DNA from: Vicinamibacteria bacterium | Lineage (GTDB): Bacteria; Acidobacteriota; Vicinamibacteria; Marinacidobacterales; Marinacidobacteraceae | DNA: 64,000 nt | Assembly (NCBI GenBank): GCA_963555995.3 | Contig: OY821641.1 | Location: forward strand, 1,728,001-1,792,000 | Direction of reading: 5' to 3' | Part shown: piece after piece, positions 54,613-63,616 of the stretch | Layout: each line of letters opens with the position of its first letter | Numbering within the stretch: the stretch's first letter is position 1 | Position numbers and translations under genes: made by a program | Notes under the pieces: model-generated | Told to the model about the DNA's origin: nothing | What the model saw: only the letters and a program-made list of their open reading frames with translations | The model's database searches: none

Positions 54613-56922
54613 GTGGAAGACGTCACGCCCCGGCAAGGGATCCTCACCCGGACCACCCCCGCCGACCGGGGCCTCGTCAGGCTTCCGGCGCTGACGCCGC
54701 ATCTGGATTTCCGCGACATTGGCGAAGGGCGGACCCTGCTGGTCTCCGAATCGTTCAACACCCTGTTGCACGGTGAGCTGTTTGCCGCTCTCCTGCCGCT
54801 GCTCGACGGCCGCCGTTCGTGCGAGGAGATCGTCGCGGCCGTGGAGGGGACCCATGCCGCGGTGGATGTCCTCACCGCGCTGGCTTCGCTGTCCGCCAGG
54901 GGTTACGTCGTCTCGGGCGACCATGCGCTGGACCGGCGCCGGGCGGCCTACTGGTCGTCGCTCGGCGCGTCGCCGCGCTGGGTCGAGGCGCGGCTGGCGG
55001 AGTCGCGCCTCGCGGTCGAAGGCGACGACGGCCGGTTCACCCGGCGCCTCGAGGAGAACGGCGCCGCGCTCGGGCCCGGGGATCCCGACCTCACCGTGGT
55101 GGTCTGCGACGACTACCTCGAACCGCGCCTCGCCGAGGTGAATCGGCGCCGGCTCGAGGCGGGAGCGCCGTGGGCCGTGGTGCGGCCGCGCGGCATGGAG
55201 GCGCTGTTCGGGCCCGTCTTCCGGGCGGATCGTCGAGGGCCCTGCTGGGATTGTCTCGCCCATCGTCTCGGCGCTCATCGGGAAGTCCACCGTTTTCTCC
55301 GGAGCGTCGCGGGCGAGAAAGCCGCCTTCAGGCCCTTCGCCGCCCAGCCCGCCGTTCTCGAAGCGCTCTACGGGCTGATCGCGGCGGAGATCGTCAAGTG
55401 GATCGTGCTGCGCGACGCGGCGCCGATCCACGACCACGCGCTCACCGTGAACGTCGGCGCCTTCGGAACTTCGCGACACCCGGTGCGCCGCCGGCCGCAG
55501 TGCCGGGCCTGTGGTGATCCGGCGCTCCATCGCCCGGACCGGCCGCCGGTTCCGCTCGCTCTGCAACCGAGCCCCAAGACGCATCGCACGAGCGGCGGCG
55601 CGCGCTCCGTGGCGCCGGAAGTCACCCTGGCGAAGTACGGCCACCTCGTGAGCCCGATCAGCGGGGTGGTGACCTGGTTGCGGCGCACCACGGACGCGAG
55701 CGATTCCTGGCTGCACGTCCACTGGGCCGGCAGCAACCCGGCCATCACGAGCCGGAGCCTGAGTTCGCTCCGGCGCAGCCTGCGCAGCAAGAGCGCCGGC
55801 AAGGGCAGCACCGCGGAGCAATCCCGGGTGAGCGCGCTGTGCGAAGCCATCGAGCGCACTTCGGGCGCCCATGCCGGTGACGAGATCCGTACCCGCGGGC
55901 GGTTCACCGAGTTCGCCGGAGAAGACGAAGCGATCCATCCCAACGACGTGCAACTGTTCAGCGACCACCAGCTCGACAACGCGGCGGACATCAACGCGAA
56001 GGGCCATCCTTACAACATCGTGCCGCCGCTGTTCGACCCCGACGCCCGCATCGCCTGGACCCCGGTGTGGTCGCTGACGCAGCAGCGGCACCGCTTTCTG
56101 CCGACGTCCATGCTCTATTCCATGCCGGCCGAAGCGCGCGGGCCGCAAGACCTGATCGCCGATTCGAACGGCTGCGCCGCGGGCAACACGGTGGAAGAAG
56201 CGATCCTGCAGGGCTTTTTCGAACTGGTCGAGCGCGATGCGTTCGCCATCTGGTGGTACAACCGGCTGCGCGTACCGGCGGTTGACCTGTCCAGCTTCGA
56301 CGACGACTACCTCGCCTCGGCCCCGGACTACTACGCCCGTCGCGAGAGGGAGGTGTGGGTGCTCGACGTCACCTCGGATCTCGGCGTTCCCGCGTTCGTC
56401 GCGCTCTCGCGCCGGCCGTCCGCCCCCACCGAGGACATCATCTACGGCGCCGGCGCCCACGACGACCCGCGCATCGCGGCGCTGCGGGCGATCTGCGAAC
56501 TGAACCAGTGCCTCACCTGGCTGCCGGACCCCGGGAAGCGCGACGGCCGGCCCACGATTGATGACCCGCTGGCGCTTCGGTGGTGGAAGACCGGGCGGCT
56601 CGCGGACTGTCCCTGGTTGGCGCCGGCCGCCAGCCAGCCGCCCTCGACGGCCTCCCGGTATGCGGCGGTCCCGTCAACGGATACCCGCGAGGACGTGGAG
56701 CGGTGCCGCGCGCTCGTCGAAGCCAGGGGCATGGAGTTCCTGGTGCTGGACCAGACCCGGCCCGACATCGGAATGCCGGTGGTGCGGGTCATCGTGCCGG
56801 GGATGCGCCATTTCTGGGCGAGGTTCGCTCCCGGGCGCCTCTACGACGTGCCGGTCAGCATGGGCCGCCGGGAACATCCGCTTGCCGAAGCGGATCTGAA
56901 CTCCGTCCCGGTGATCGCGTGA
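54613..56922 (+). CDS. Fused RRE/E1-YcaO azoline-forming cyclodehydratase
   Basis: N-terminal winged-helix RRE, CWDC/CRAC, SAGKG, EAIER, SNGCAAG, ELVERD and ELNQ ATP/Mg-binding motifs. Confidence 0.93.
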   Translation: MEDVTPRQGILTRTTPADRGLVRLPALTPHLDFRDIGEGRTLLVSESFNTLLHGELFAALLPLLDGRRSCEEIVAAVEGTHAAVDVLTALASLSARGYVVSGDHALDRRRAAYWSSLGASPRWVEARLAESRLAVEGDDGRFTRRLEENGAALGPGDPDLTVVVCDDYLEPRLAEVNRRRLEAGAPWAVVRPRGMEALFGPVFRADRRGPCWDCLAHRLGAHREVHRFLRSVAGEKAAFRPFAAQPAVLEALYGLIAAEIVKWIVLRDAAPIHDHALTVNVGAFGTSRHPVRRRPQCRACGDPALHRPDRPPVPLALQPSPKTHRTSGGARSVAPEVTLAKYGHLVSPISGVVTWLRRTTDASDSWLHVHWAGSNPAITSRSLSSLRRSLRSKSAGKGSTAEQSRVSALCEAIERTSGAHAGDEIRTRGRFTEFAGEDEAIHPNDVQLFSDHQLDNAADINAKGHPYNIVPPLFDPDARIAWTPVWSLTQQRHRFLPTSMLYSMPAEARGPQDLIADSNGCAAGNTVEEAILQGFFELVERDAFAIWWYNRLRVPAVDLSSFDDDYLASAPDYYARREREVWVLDVTSDLGVPAFVALSRRPSAPTEDIIYGAGAHDDPRIAALRAICELNQCLTWLPDPGKRDGRPTIDDPLALRWWKTGRLADCPWLAPAASQPPSTASRYAAVPSTDTREDVERCRALVEARGMEFLVLDQTRPDIGMPVVRVIVPGMRHFWARFAPGRLYDVPVSMGRREHPLAEADLNSVPVIA

Positions 56923-56931
56923 GGAGGCGAC

Positions 56932-58044
56932 ATGCAACTTGACGCGGCGGTCGCGCTGACGGAGAACCGCCTTGCGGAGGAGGGCGGCGTCCTGAGTGAC
57001 CTGCTCCGGCACTTCCGAGACCGGGTCTCACCGGTTCTCATCGGCGATCCGGAGTGGGAACTCGTCCTCGAGCGCGCCGGAAGACTTCCGATCACGATGG
57101 GCGCGCTTCCCTTCGGCTTCGAACTGCCGCTGCACGCGCAGGCGCCAAGGGCGGACCTGGGGGTCTCGCTGGCGAGCGGGACCAGAACGGCGGCGTTCTT
57201 CCTGGAACGCGCCCGGGACCCGAAGGACGCGACCGCGAGAGCGATTGGCCGGCTGTTCCGCCGGATGGATGCCGAGGACTCGCCGCTACGCGAGATCGTC
57301 GGCCGCAAGCTGATGCTGGAGTACGACATCGGCCCCGGACGGGGCGACGACGACTCGCTTCCCGGCATGTTCCTGCGGCCCGGGGAACGCCCGATCCTCG
57401 GCGCCCGCGGTCAGGTGAACGATGTCCGGCTGGTGGTGGACGCGCTCGCCTCCTGCGTCGGTTGGGAACTGACCGGCGCCGAGCGGCGAAACGTCGAGCG
57501 GGTGTACCTGGCGCAGCCCGAAGACACCCGCATGGATTCGTTCGGGGTGTTTCCCTCCCGCTCGCGGACGATCCGCCTCGCGGTGATGGGGTTCCAGTCA
57601 CCGGCGGCGTTCGCTTCCTGGCTCGAAGCGATCGGGTGGCCGGGTCGGCTGTCGGCCGCCAATTCCGTGATCGAACGCTTCCGGGAACGCGCGCACGTCG
57701 TCCGAACCGGGGCGAACCTCGACGTGCGGGATGCGGGTGTCGGCCCGACCCTCGGCCTGACGCTCATCGTCAAGCAGCGGTACACGAAAGGTTCCCGGTA
57801 CTGGCTCGACGGCCTCACCGACTGGGAACCGTTCCTGGAGGCCCTTGGCCATGAAGAACTCGTGTTTTCGGACAAGCTGGCCGCGCTCGCCGGCTGGGTT
57901 TCGAAGCCGACGACCCTCTTCGCGAAGTCCGGGCGCTATGTCCTGCTACGCGGAATCCATCACATCAAACTGGTCGTCTCCGAGAACCAGCTTCGCCAGG
58001 CCAAAGCCTACGTGTTCCTGGTGCTTTCCGGCGGAATCCCCTAG
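56932..58044 (+). CDS. Hypothetical RiPP tailoring protein, possible PT-barrel prenyltransferase
   Basis: GAGGAGG RBS; last gene of the operon; FGFELPL, LMLEYD, IRLAV and HHIKL...KAY. The CDS is solid, the function speculative. Confidence 0.6.
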   Translation: MQLDAAVALTENRLAEEGGVLSDLLRHFRDRVSPVLIGDPEWELVLERAGRLPITMGALPFGFELPLHAQAPRADLGVSLASGTRTAAFFLERARDPKDATARAIGRLFRRMDAEDSPLREIVGRKLMLEYDIGPGRGDDDSLPGMFLRPGERPILGARGQVNDVRLVVDALASCVGWELTGAERRNVERVYLAQPEDTRMDSFGVFPSRSRTIRLAVMGFQSPAAFASWLEAIGWPGRLSAANSVIERFRERAHVVRTGANLDVRDAGVGPTLGLTLIVKQRYTKGSRYWLDGLTDWEPFLEALGHEELVFSDKLAALAGWVSKPTTLFAKSGRYVLLRGIHHIKLVVSENQLRQAKAYVFLVLSGGIP

Positions 58045-58137
58045 AAACGGTGCGAGCCTCGGAGCGCCGTCAGCGCGGGTTTGCTGTGAAAATGCAGTCC
58101 CGGCGAAACGTCAGCCAGCGCAATGGGGCCACCGGCC

Positions 58138-58331
58138 TGGAACGCCGGCTTCAGCCGGCACCCGCTGCGCGACAGCACAGCGCACGGCGCGACGTTGACC
58201 TGCGGGGTGGTTCTTTTTCTGCGCCGACCTGAACGGACCGGACGTTCCGGTAATAGCGTTCCGTACGGCCGAACCGCTACGCATCGCGCGCGGGCCTCCG
58301 GCCGGCGGTGCCGGCTGAAGCCGGCGTTCCA
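58138..58331. repeat. REP-like inverted doublet (family B), copy 6
   Basis: TGGAACGCCGGCTTCAGCCGGCAC ... GTGCCGGCTGAAGCCGGCGTTCCA between convergent RiPP genes. Confidence 0.85.
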
Positions 58332-58450
58332 AGCCGGGCACGCCAAGTGACCGAACGGCCTCACGCTCTCTGCGAGCCGTGGCCCGGATGCCAGCGCGAG
58401 GCTGGCGCTCCTACCCGGTGAGGAAGCCGGCTAGCTGCCGGTTGTCGAAC

Positions 58451-58702
58451 CTACCAGCAGCAGCAAAGGCCGGCCGAGATCGCTTCGAGCTGCTCCTCGG
58501 TGATGTTCGGGTCCGGCGGTAGCGCGAGATGCACCGTCTGCATGTCGCTCTCGTGGACCTGGATGCTCATCGAATCCGGAATCGTGATGCCGAGTTCCGC
58601 GCTGATCGCGCCCTTCGGATCTGCCAGAAGCTGACGCCGGAAATCCGCGTCGAGGGCGGACTTGTCGACAATCTGCTGCAACATTTCGTCGCCGTTTCTC
58701 AT
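58451..58702 (-). CDS. NHLP/proteusin RiPP precursor (SrpE-like): 78-aa leader + LCCCW core
   Basis: AAGGAGGA RBS; DADFRRQLLADP...ELG...VHE...HLALPP leader; EQLEAISAG| double-Gly-type cleavage site. Confidence 0.93.
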   Translation of the reverse strand: MRNGDEMLQQIVDKSALDADFRRQLLADPKGAISAELGITIPDSMSIQVHESDMQTVHLALPPDPNITEEQLEAISAGLCCCW

Positions 58703-58743
58703 GGTGTGTCCTCCTTGATGTCAGGCGCGGGCCAACCGCGCCA

Positions 58744-58771
58744 CGTATAACAGGATTGAATAGTAACACAA
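58744..58771 (-). promoter_or_regulatory. Candidate sigma70-type promoter for the precursor gene
   Basis: AT-rich patch; minus strand reads TTGTGT-N16-TATACG with an extended TG motif, about 40 nt upstream of the start codon. Confidence 0.35.
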
Positions 58772-59014
58772 CGCTGTGGGAACGTCTGGTGAACCGCAAC
58801 CGCGGGCCTTCGCTTCCCGTGCCCGGGCCGGCGGTGAGGGACCGTCCGGCCTCCCGCCGCGCCCGAGCCCGCCTCCGGCAAACGACCGCCCGGCGCCGCC
58901 TCCGTGACCCGAAGGGCGATGGTGCTAGTGTGGTGCCCCGGAAATGGCGCACGCAGCACATCCGGGCATCCCGCGCGAGGGTCCACTGGCCGAACCCCGG
59001 GGAAGGCGTCGAGG

Positions 59015-60289
59015 GTGATCCAACCGGGCAGCAACTCGCTGCGGAAGATCGCGGTCATCGGGCGAGGAACCGCAGGGTCGCTCGCGGCCGCCGCGGTGAC
59101 CCGTCTTCACCCTGACGGCGACCACGAGCTGCACCACATCCATGACTCGCGCATTCCGGTCATCGGAGTGGGTGAAGGCAGTTGGCCGAGCCTGGTCGGG
59201 CACCTGCAGCAACTGACGGCCCTGCCCCACGAAACGGTCCAGCAGCGCCTGCAGGGAACGCGCAAGTACGGCGTGGCCTTTGAGGGGTGGGGACGGCGCA
59301 ATCGGGACTTCACCCACTACTTCACGCCGCAACAGGTCTCCTACGCCTACCACCTGTCCGCCGACCTGCTGGCGGAGCTGCTGCACGAGAGCACGCGCGC
59401 GCGCCACGTCAACGCGAAAGTGCTCGGGATCACCCGGGTGGACGGCGGCGCCGAGGTCGAATTCGAGGATCGGGCCCCGGAGCGCTACGACCTGGTCTTC
59501 GATGCCCGCGGGTTTCCCCGTGACCTGGACCCCGACCGGCACATCCCAATTTCCTTCATCCCGACGGACACCGCCGTCATCCGCCGCTGTCCGGCGATCG
59601 TCGGGGACGGGCGGGACGGCCCGGTCCTCCAGCACACCTATACCCGCGCGGTGGCGCGCCCGCACGGCTGGATCTTCGTCATCCCGCTCGTGGCGCACAC
59701 GTCCTACGGGTACATCTTCAACCGCGACGTATCCGGCCTCGCCGAAGTCGAAGCGGACTTCGACGCGTTCCTCGAAGCCGATGGCGCGCCGGAGTTCGAG
59801 CAGCGCGCCGTCATCCCGTTTCCCAATTTCGTCCACCGGCAGATCTACGACGGCGCGGTGGCCCGCATCGGAAACCGGGCGGCCTTCATGGAACCGCTCG
59901 AAGCCACCGCGATCGTGTCCGCCCAGTTCCAGATCGGGATGGTCCTGCAGACCCGCCTGAACCGTCCGGTCGAGCATCTCGAGCGCGACGCGCCGGTGAT
60001 CAACCGGTTTCTCGTGAACGAGATGCTCGCCTACGGCCTGTTCGTCGGCTGGCACTACTCCTGCGGCTCCCGCTACGACAGCGGCTTCTGGCGCTACGCT
60101 CGCGACCAGGCCTGGCCGAGGCACCGCCAGACGGCGGACCCCGAGGCGGTGGGTTGCGCCGCGCTCCGCAAGTTCGACGCAATGATCGAGTTGCTGAACC
60201 GGCCCGTCATCGCCAGGGCCGACTGGGATCGGATGTGCGCGGTCCCTCTCACCAGCTACGCCCAGATGTCCCAGGGTCTGGGCTGCTGA
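59015..60289 (+). CDS. Flavin-dependent peptidyl-tryptophan halogenase (SrpI-like)
   Basis: GRGTAG, IGVGEG, GTRKYG (catalytic Lys), GWIFVIP (WxWxIP variant) and FMEPLEATAI. Confidence 0.9.
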   Translation: MIQPGSNSLRKIAVIGRGTAGSLAAAAVTRLHPDGDHELHHIHDSRIPVIGVGEGSWPSLVGHLQQLTALPHETVQQRLQGTRKYGVAFEGWGRRNRDFTHYFTPQQVSYAYHLSADLLAELLHESTRARHVNAKVLGITRVDGGAEVEFEDRAPERYDLVFDARGFPRDLDPDRHIPISFIPTDTAVIRRCPAIVGDGRDGPVLQHTYTRAVARPHGWIFVIPLVAHTSYGYIFNRDVSGLAEVEADFDAFLEADGAPEFEQRAVIPFPNFVHRQIYDGAVARIGNRAAFMEPLEATAIVSAQFQIGMVLQTRLNRPVEHLERDAPVINRFLVNEMLAYGLFVGWHYSCGSRYDSGFWRYARDQAWPRHRQTADPEAVGCAALRKFDAMIELLNRPVIARADWDRMCAVPLTSYAQMSQGLGC

Positions 60290-60404
60290 TCCTGGTCGCC
60301 GACGGCGGGCCGGGACGGCCGCCGGCCCGGCGCGGGTGCGCGGGGCGCGGCTCTGGTAGACTCACGTCCCGCATGGCGGGCATCCGGGACCGGGCGGCGA
60401 CAGC

Positions 60405-62069
60405 TTGAGCCTCCCCTCTCTCCCCGCCAAGACGCGCTTTCTCTTCGTCACCGGCGGAGTGATCTCTTCGCTCGGGAAGGGCATCGCGTCCGCCTCCATC
60501 GGGCGCCTGCTGAAATCGCAGGGATACTCGGTCACCTTCCTCAAGTTCGACCCGTATCTGAACGTGGACCCGGGCACCATGAGCCCGTACCAGCACGGCG
60601 AGGTCTTCGTGACGCACGACGGCGCCGAGACGGATCTCGACGTGGGGCACTACGAGCGCTTCACCGGCAACGCGTTCTCCGCGCTCTCGAACGTCACCAG
60701 CGGCCAGATCTACGAGACCGTGATCGAGCGGGAACGGCAGGGGGGATACCTGGGAGCGACGGTCCAAGTGATTCCCCACGTGACCGACGAGATCAAGCGC
60801 CGCCTGATCGCGGTGGCCGGCGATGCCGACGTGGTCATCGTCGAGATCGGCGGAACGGTCGGTGACATCGAGGGCCAGCCCTTCCTCGAGGCGGCGCGGC
60901 AGTTCCGGCTGGACGTGGGACCGGCGCGCGTCTGTTTCCTGCACCTGACGCTCGTCCCGATGATCGCCACCGCCGGCGAGTACAAGACCAAACCCACGCA
61001 GCACAGCGTCCGGGAGCTGCGCGCGATCGGAATCCAGCCCGACGTGCTGCTGTGCCGCGCCAAGGAGGGCCTCCCCGCCGAGGTCAAGGCCAAGATCGGA
61101 CTCCACACCTCGGTGGCTTCGGGCGCCGTCTTCACCGCGGTGGACGCGCGGTCCGTGTACGAGGTCCCCCTCAACCTGGCGGCCGAGGGCGTGGACCGCA
61201 GGATCCTCGAGCACTTCCAGCTTCCGTCCCGGGAACGGCAGCTCTCGGACTGGAAGGACCTGGTCCAGCGCCTGAGGGCCGGTTCCCGGGACGTCCGGAT
61301 CGGGGTGGTCGGCAAGTATGTCGAACTCGAGGACTCCTACAAGAGCCTCAGCGAGGCCCTCGTGCATGGCGGAGTCCCCCACGACGCGCGCGTCGAGATC
61401 CGCTGGGTGGAAGCCGAGAGCCTCCAGGACGGTGACCTCTCCCAGCTCGACGACTGCGACGGCATCCTGGTGCCCGGCGGATTCGGCTCGCGGGGGACCG
61501 AAGGGATGGCGCAGGCCGCCGGACGGGCGCGCACCGATCGCGTGCCGTTCCTCGGGATCTGCTACGGATTCCAGTGGGCGGTGGTGGAGTTCGCGCGCTC
61601 CGAGTGCGGACTCGTCGGGGCGAGCACCCAGGAACTCAACCCGGATGCGGAACACCAGGTCTTCCAGTTGCTGCGCAACCTCGAAGGCGTCGAACCGCTG
61701 GGTGGGACCATGCGGGTGGGGGCGGTGACCTGCATTCTCCGGGAGGGTTCGCTCGCCGCGCGCACCTACGGGAGGACCAGGATCAGCGAGCGCCATCGCC
61801 ACCGCTACGAGTTCGAGCGCGGCTACACCGAACTCGTGGAGTCCCGGGGCATGAAGTTCTCCGGTTTCACCGAGGACGGGTTCTACGAGATCGCCGAGAT
61901 TCCCGACCATCCCTGGTTCCTGGCCGTTCAGTTCCATCCGGAGTTCCAGTCGAACCCGCTCCGCCCGCACCCCCTCTTCAGCGACTTCATCGGAGCCGCC
62001 CTCGAAAAGCGGGAGGAGCGCGCTCGGACCGCGCTGCCGGCGTCGGCGGACGCCGTTTCCGCCGGCTGA
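60405..62069 (+). CDS. pyrG: CTP synthase
   Basis: VTGGVISSLGKG, DPYLNVDPGTMSP, KTKPTQ, GICYG, ERHRHRYE and QFHPE. Confidence 0.97.
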   Translation: MSLPSLPAKTRFLFVTGGVISSLGKGIASASIGRLLKSQGYSVTFLKFDPYLNVDPGTMSPYQHGEVFVTHDGAETDLDVGHYERFTGNAFSALSNVTSGQIYETVIERERQGGYLGATVQVIPHVTDEIKRRLIAVAGDADVVIVEIGGTVGDIEGQPFLEAARQFRLDVGPARVCFLHLTLVPMIATAGEYKTKPTQHSVRELRAIGIQPDVLLCRAKEGLPAEVKAKIGLHTSVASGAVFTAVDARSVYEVPLNLAAEGVDRRILEHFQLPSRERQLSDWKDLVQRLRAGSRDVRIGVVGKYVELEDSYKSLSEALVHGGVPHDARVEIRWVEAESLQDGDLSQLDDCDGILVPGGFGSRGTEGMAQAAGRARTDRVPFLGICYGFQWAVVEFARSECGLVGASTQELNPDAEHQVFQLLRNLEGVEPLGGTMRVGAVTCILREGSLAARTYGRTRISERHRHRYEFERGYTELVESRGMKFSGFTEDGFYEIAEIPDHPWFLAVQFHPEFQSNPLRPHPLFSDFIGAALEKREERARTALPASADAVSAG

Positions 62070-62095
62070 TCCGGCGCCCGGCCTTTCGGTACCCC

Positions 62096-62698
62096 GTGCC
62101 CAGCGAGGATTCCGGCGGTCCCGCCGCGGTCCGGCGCCAGGACCCGCAGGCCACGGAGGGTGGGCGCGATCCGGTCTCCCGGCGGGCCGCCGCCATCGAG
62201 GCCATCCTGATGGACGTGGACGGGGTCCTGACCGACGGCACCTTCGAGCCGGGCGACGAGGACGCCGGAATCCCCGAGCGGAAGCGTTTCCACTCCCGGG
62301 ACGGCCTGGGCCTCGTGATGGCGAAGAAGAGCGGCCTGCGCCTCGGTTTCGTGACCGGCCGCCGCTCCGGAACCGTGAGGGGGCGCGCCGCGGAACTGGA
62401 GCTCGACTATCTCCGCGAAGGCTGCTTCGACAAGGGTCCGGCGTTCGACGAGGCCTGCGCCTCCTTCGGCCTGCTGCCGGAGCAGGTCGCCTTCGTGGGT
62501 GACGACGTGCAGGACCTGCCGGCGCTTCGCAAGGCCGGCTTCGCCGCCGCCCCCGCCGACGCCCATCCCGCCGTCCTCGACTGCGTCCACTTCGTCGCCG
62601 ACGCTCCGGGGGGGCGGGGCGCCGTCCGTCAGGTCATCGAGCGGATCCTGGAGGCTCGCGGGCTGCTCGACGCCGCGCTGTTTCGGTTCTGGGGCTAG
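62096..62698 (+). CDS. kdsC: KDO-8-phosphate phosphatase-like HAD hydrolase
   Basis: DVDGVLTDG, FHSRDG, VTGR, GDDVQD and GGRGAVR; start uncertain. Confidence 0.85.
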   Translation: MPSEDSGGPAAVRRQDPQATEGGRDPVSRRAAAIEAILMDVDGVLTDGTFEPGDEDAGIPERKRFHSRDGLGLVMAKKSGLRLGFVTGRRSGTVRGRAAELELDYLREGCFDKGPAFDEACASFGLLPEQVAFVGDDVQDLPALRKAGFAAAPADAHPAVLDCVHFVADAPGGRGAVRQVIERILEARGLLDAALFRFWG

Positions 62699-62878
62699 CA
62701 GCCTGTGGATAAAGTGACGTGAGCGCCGAGGCGGGCGAGGCGCCCGGCTGACAAGGCGCGTGAGGGAGGAATACCGGGTGTATTTCGACCGAAACGCAAC
62801 GCAGAGCGCCGCAAAAGCGGCGCGGTTCAGCCGGGATGCATCGCCCGCCGAACGCCGCGTGACTTTGTCCACAGGCTG
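62699..62878 (+). mobile_element. Family A element with perfect CTAG duplication
   Basis: CTAG|CAGCCTGTGGATAAAGT...ACTTTGTCCACAGGCTG|CTAG, 180 bp. Confidence 0.87.
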
Positions 62879-62924
62879 CTAGCAGGCGTTACCGCGCCGT
62901 GAGGGGCGGAGTAGGGTTGCGCCG

Positions 62925-62971
62925 TGCGCGGCGCGGAGCGCCGCGGTGCCGGTCTGGAGACCGGCGTTCCA
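62925..62971. repeat. Solo family B REP-like arm
   Basis: GCGGCGCGGAGCGCCGC hairpin followed by GTGCCGGTCTGGAGACCGGCGTTCCA. Confidence 0.75.
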
Positions 62972-63007
62972 AGCCGGCAGCGCCATACCCCCGGTCAGGG
63001 ACCGATC

Positions 63008-63616
63008 TCAGGGAACGGCGCGGGTGAGGAGCGACCGGGCCACGGCGGCGGCGGCTTCCTCCGTCTCCTTGAGGGTTCCCGACGCGTCCACGAGGTCGTC
63101 GGCGCGCCGGGCCTTCTCGAGGGGATCCATCTGGGCGGCAAGCCGGAGGCGCGCCTCCTCCGGGGTCATCCCGGAGCGCGCGGTGAGGCGCTCGAACTGC
63201 TGCTCGGGACGGCAGACCACGACGACCAGCCGGTCGTAGTTGGCGGCGCTGCCGGTCTCCACCATGAGGGCGGCCTCGACCCCGGCGACCCGTTCTCCCT
63301 CCGCCTCGCGTCCGTCCAGAAAGGCCGCGATCCGCTGCCAGATCCGCGGGTGCACGACCCCGTTCAGCCATTCGCGCTCCGCCGGATCGGCGAAGACCCG
63401 GGCCCCCAGGGTCTTCCGGTCGATGCCTCCGTCCCGGCCGACCACCTCGCTCCCGAAGTGACCGGCGACCTCCTCCACGAGGTCGCCGCCCGGGGCGAAG
63501 AACTCGTGGGTCAGGGCGTCGGCGTCGAGCATGGGAATCCCGGCGCGCTCGAACACCCGCCGCACCGTGGTCTTTCCCGAGGCGATCCCTCCGGTCAGGC
63601 CAATCCGAAGCATCAT
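63008..63616 (-). CDS. coaE: Dephospho-CoA kinase
   Basis: IGLTGGIASGKT, DAD, IDRKTLG, VHP and LAAQM. Confidence 0.94.
   Translation of the reverse strand: MMLRIGLTGGIASGKTTVRRVFERAGIPMLDADALTHEFFAPGGDLVEEVAGHFGSEVVGRDGGIDRKTLGARVFADPAEREWLNGVVHPRIWQRIAAFLDGREAEGERVAGVEAALMVETGSAANYDRLVVVVCRPEQQFERLTARSGMTPEEARLRLAAQMDPLEKARRADDLVDASGTLKETEEAAAAVARSLLTRAVP

Noticed and set aside
54603-54618. TTGA-CCGCCTGTGG resembling a family A end
   Set aside because: Only about 9 bp match, overlapping the YcaO start; likely chance.
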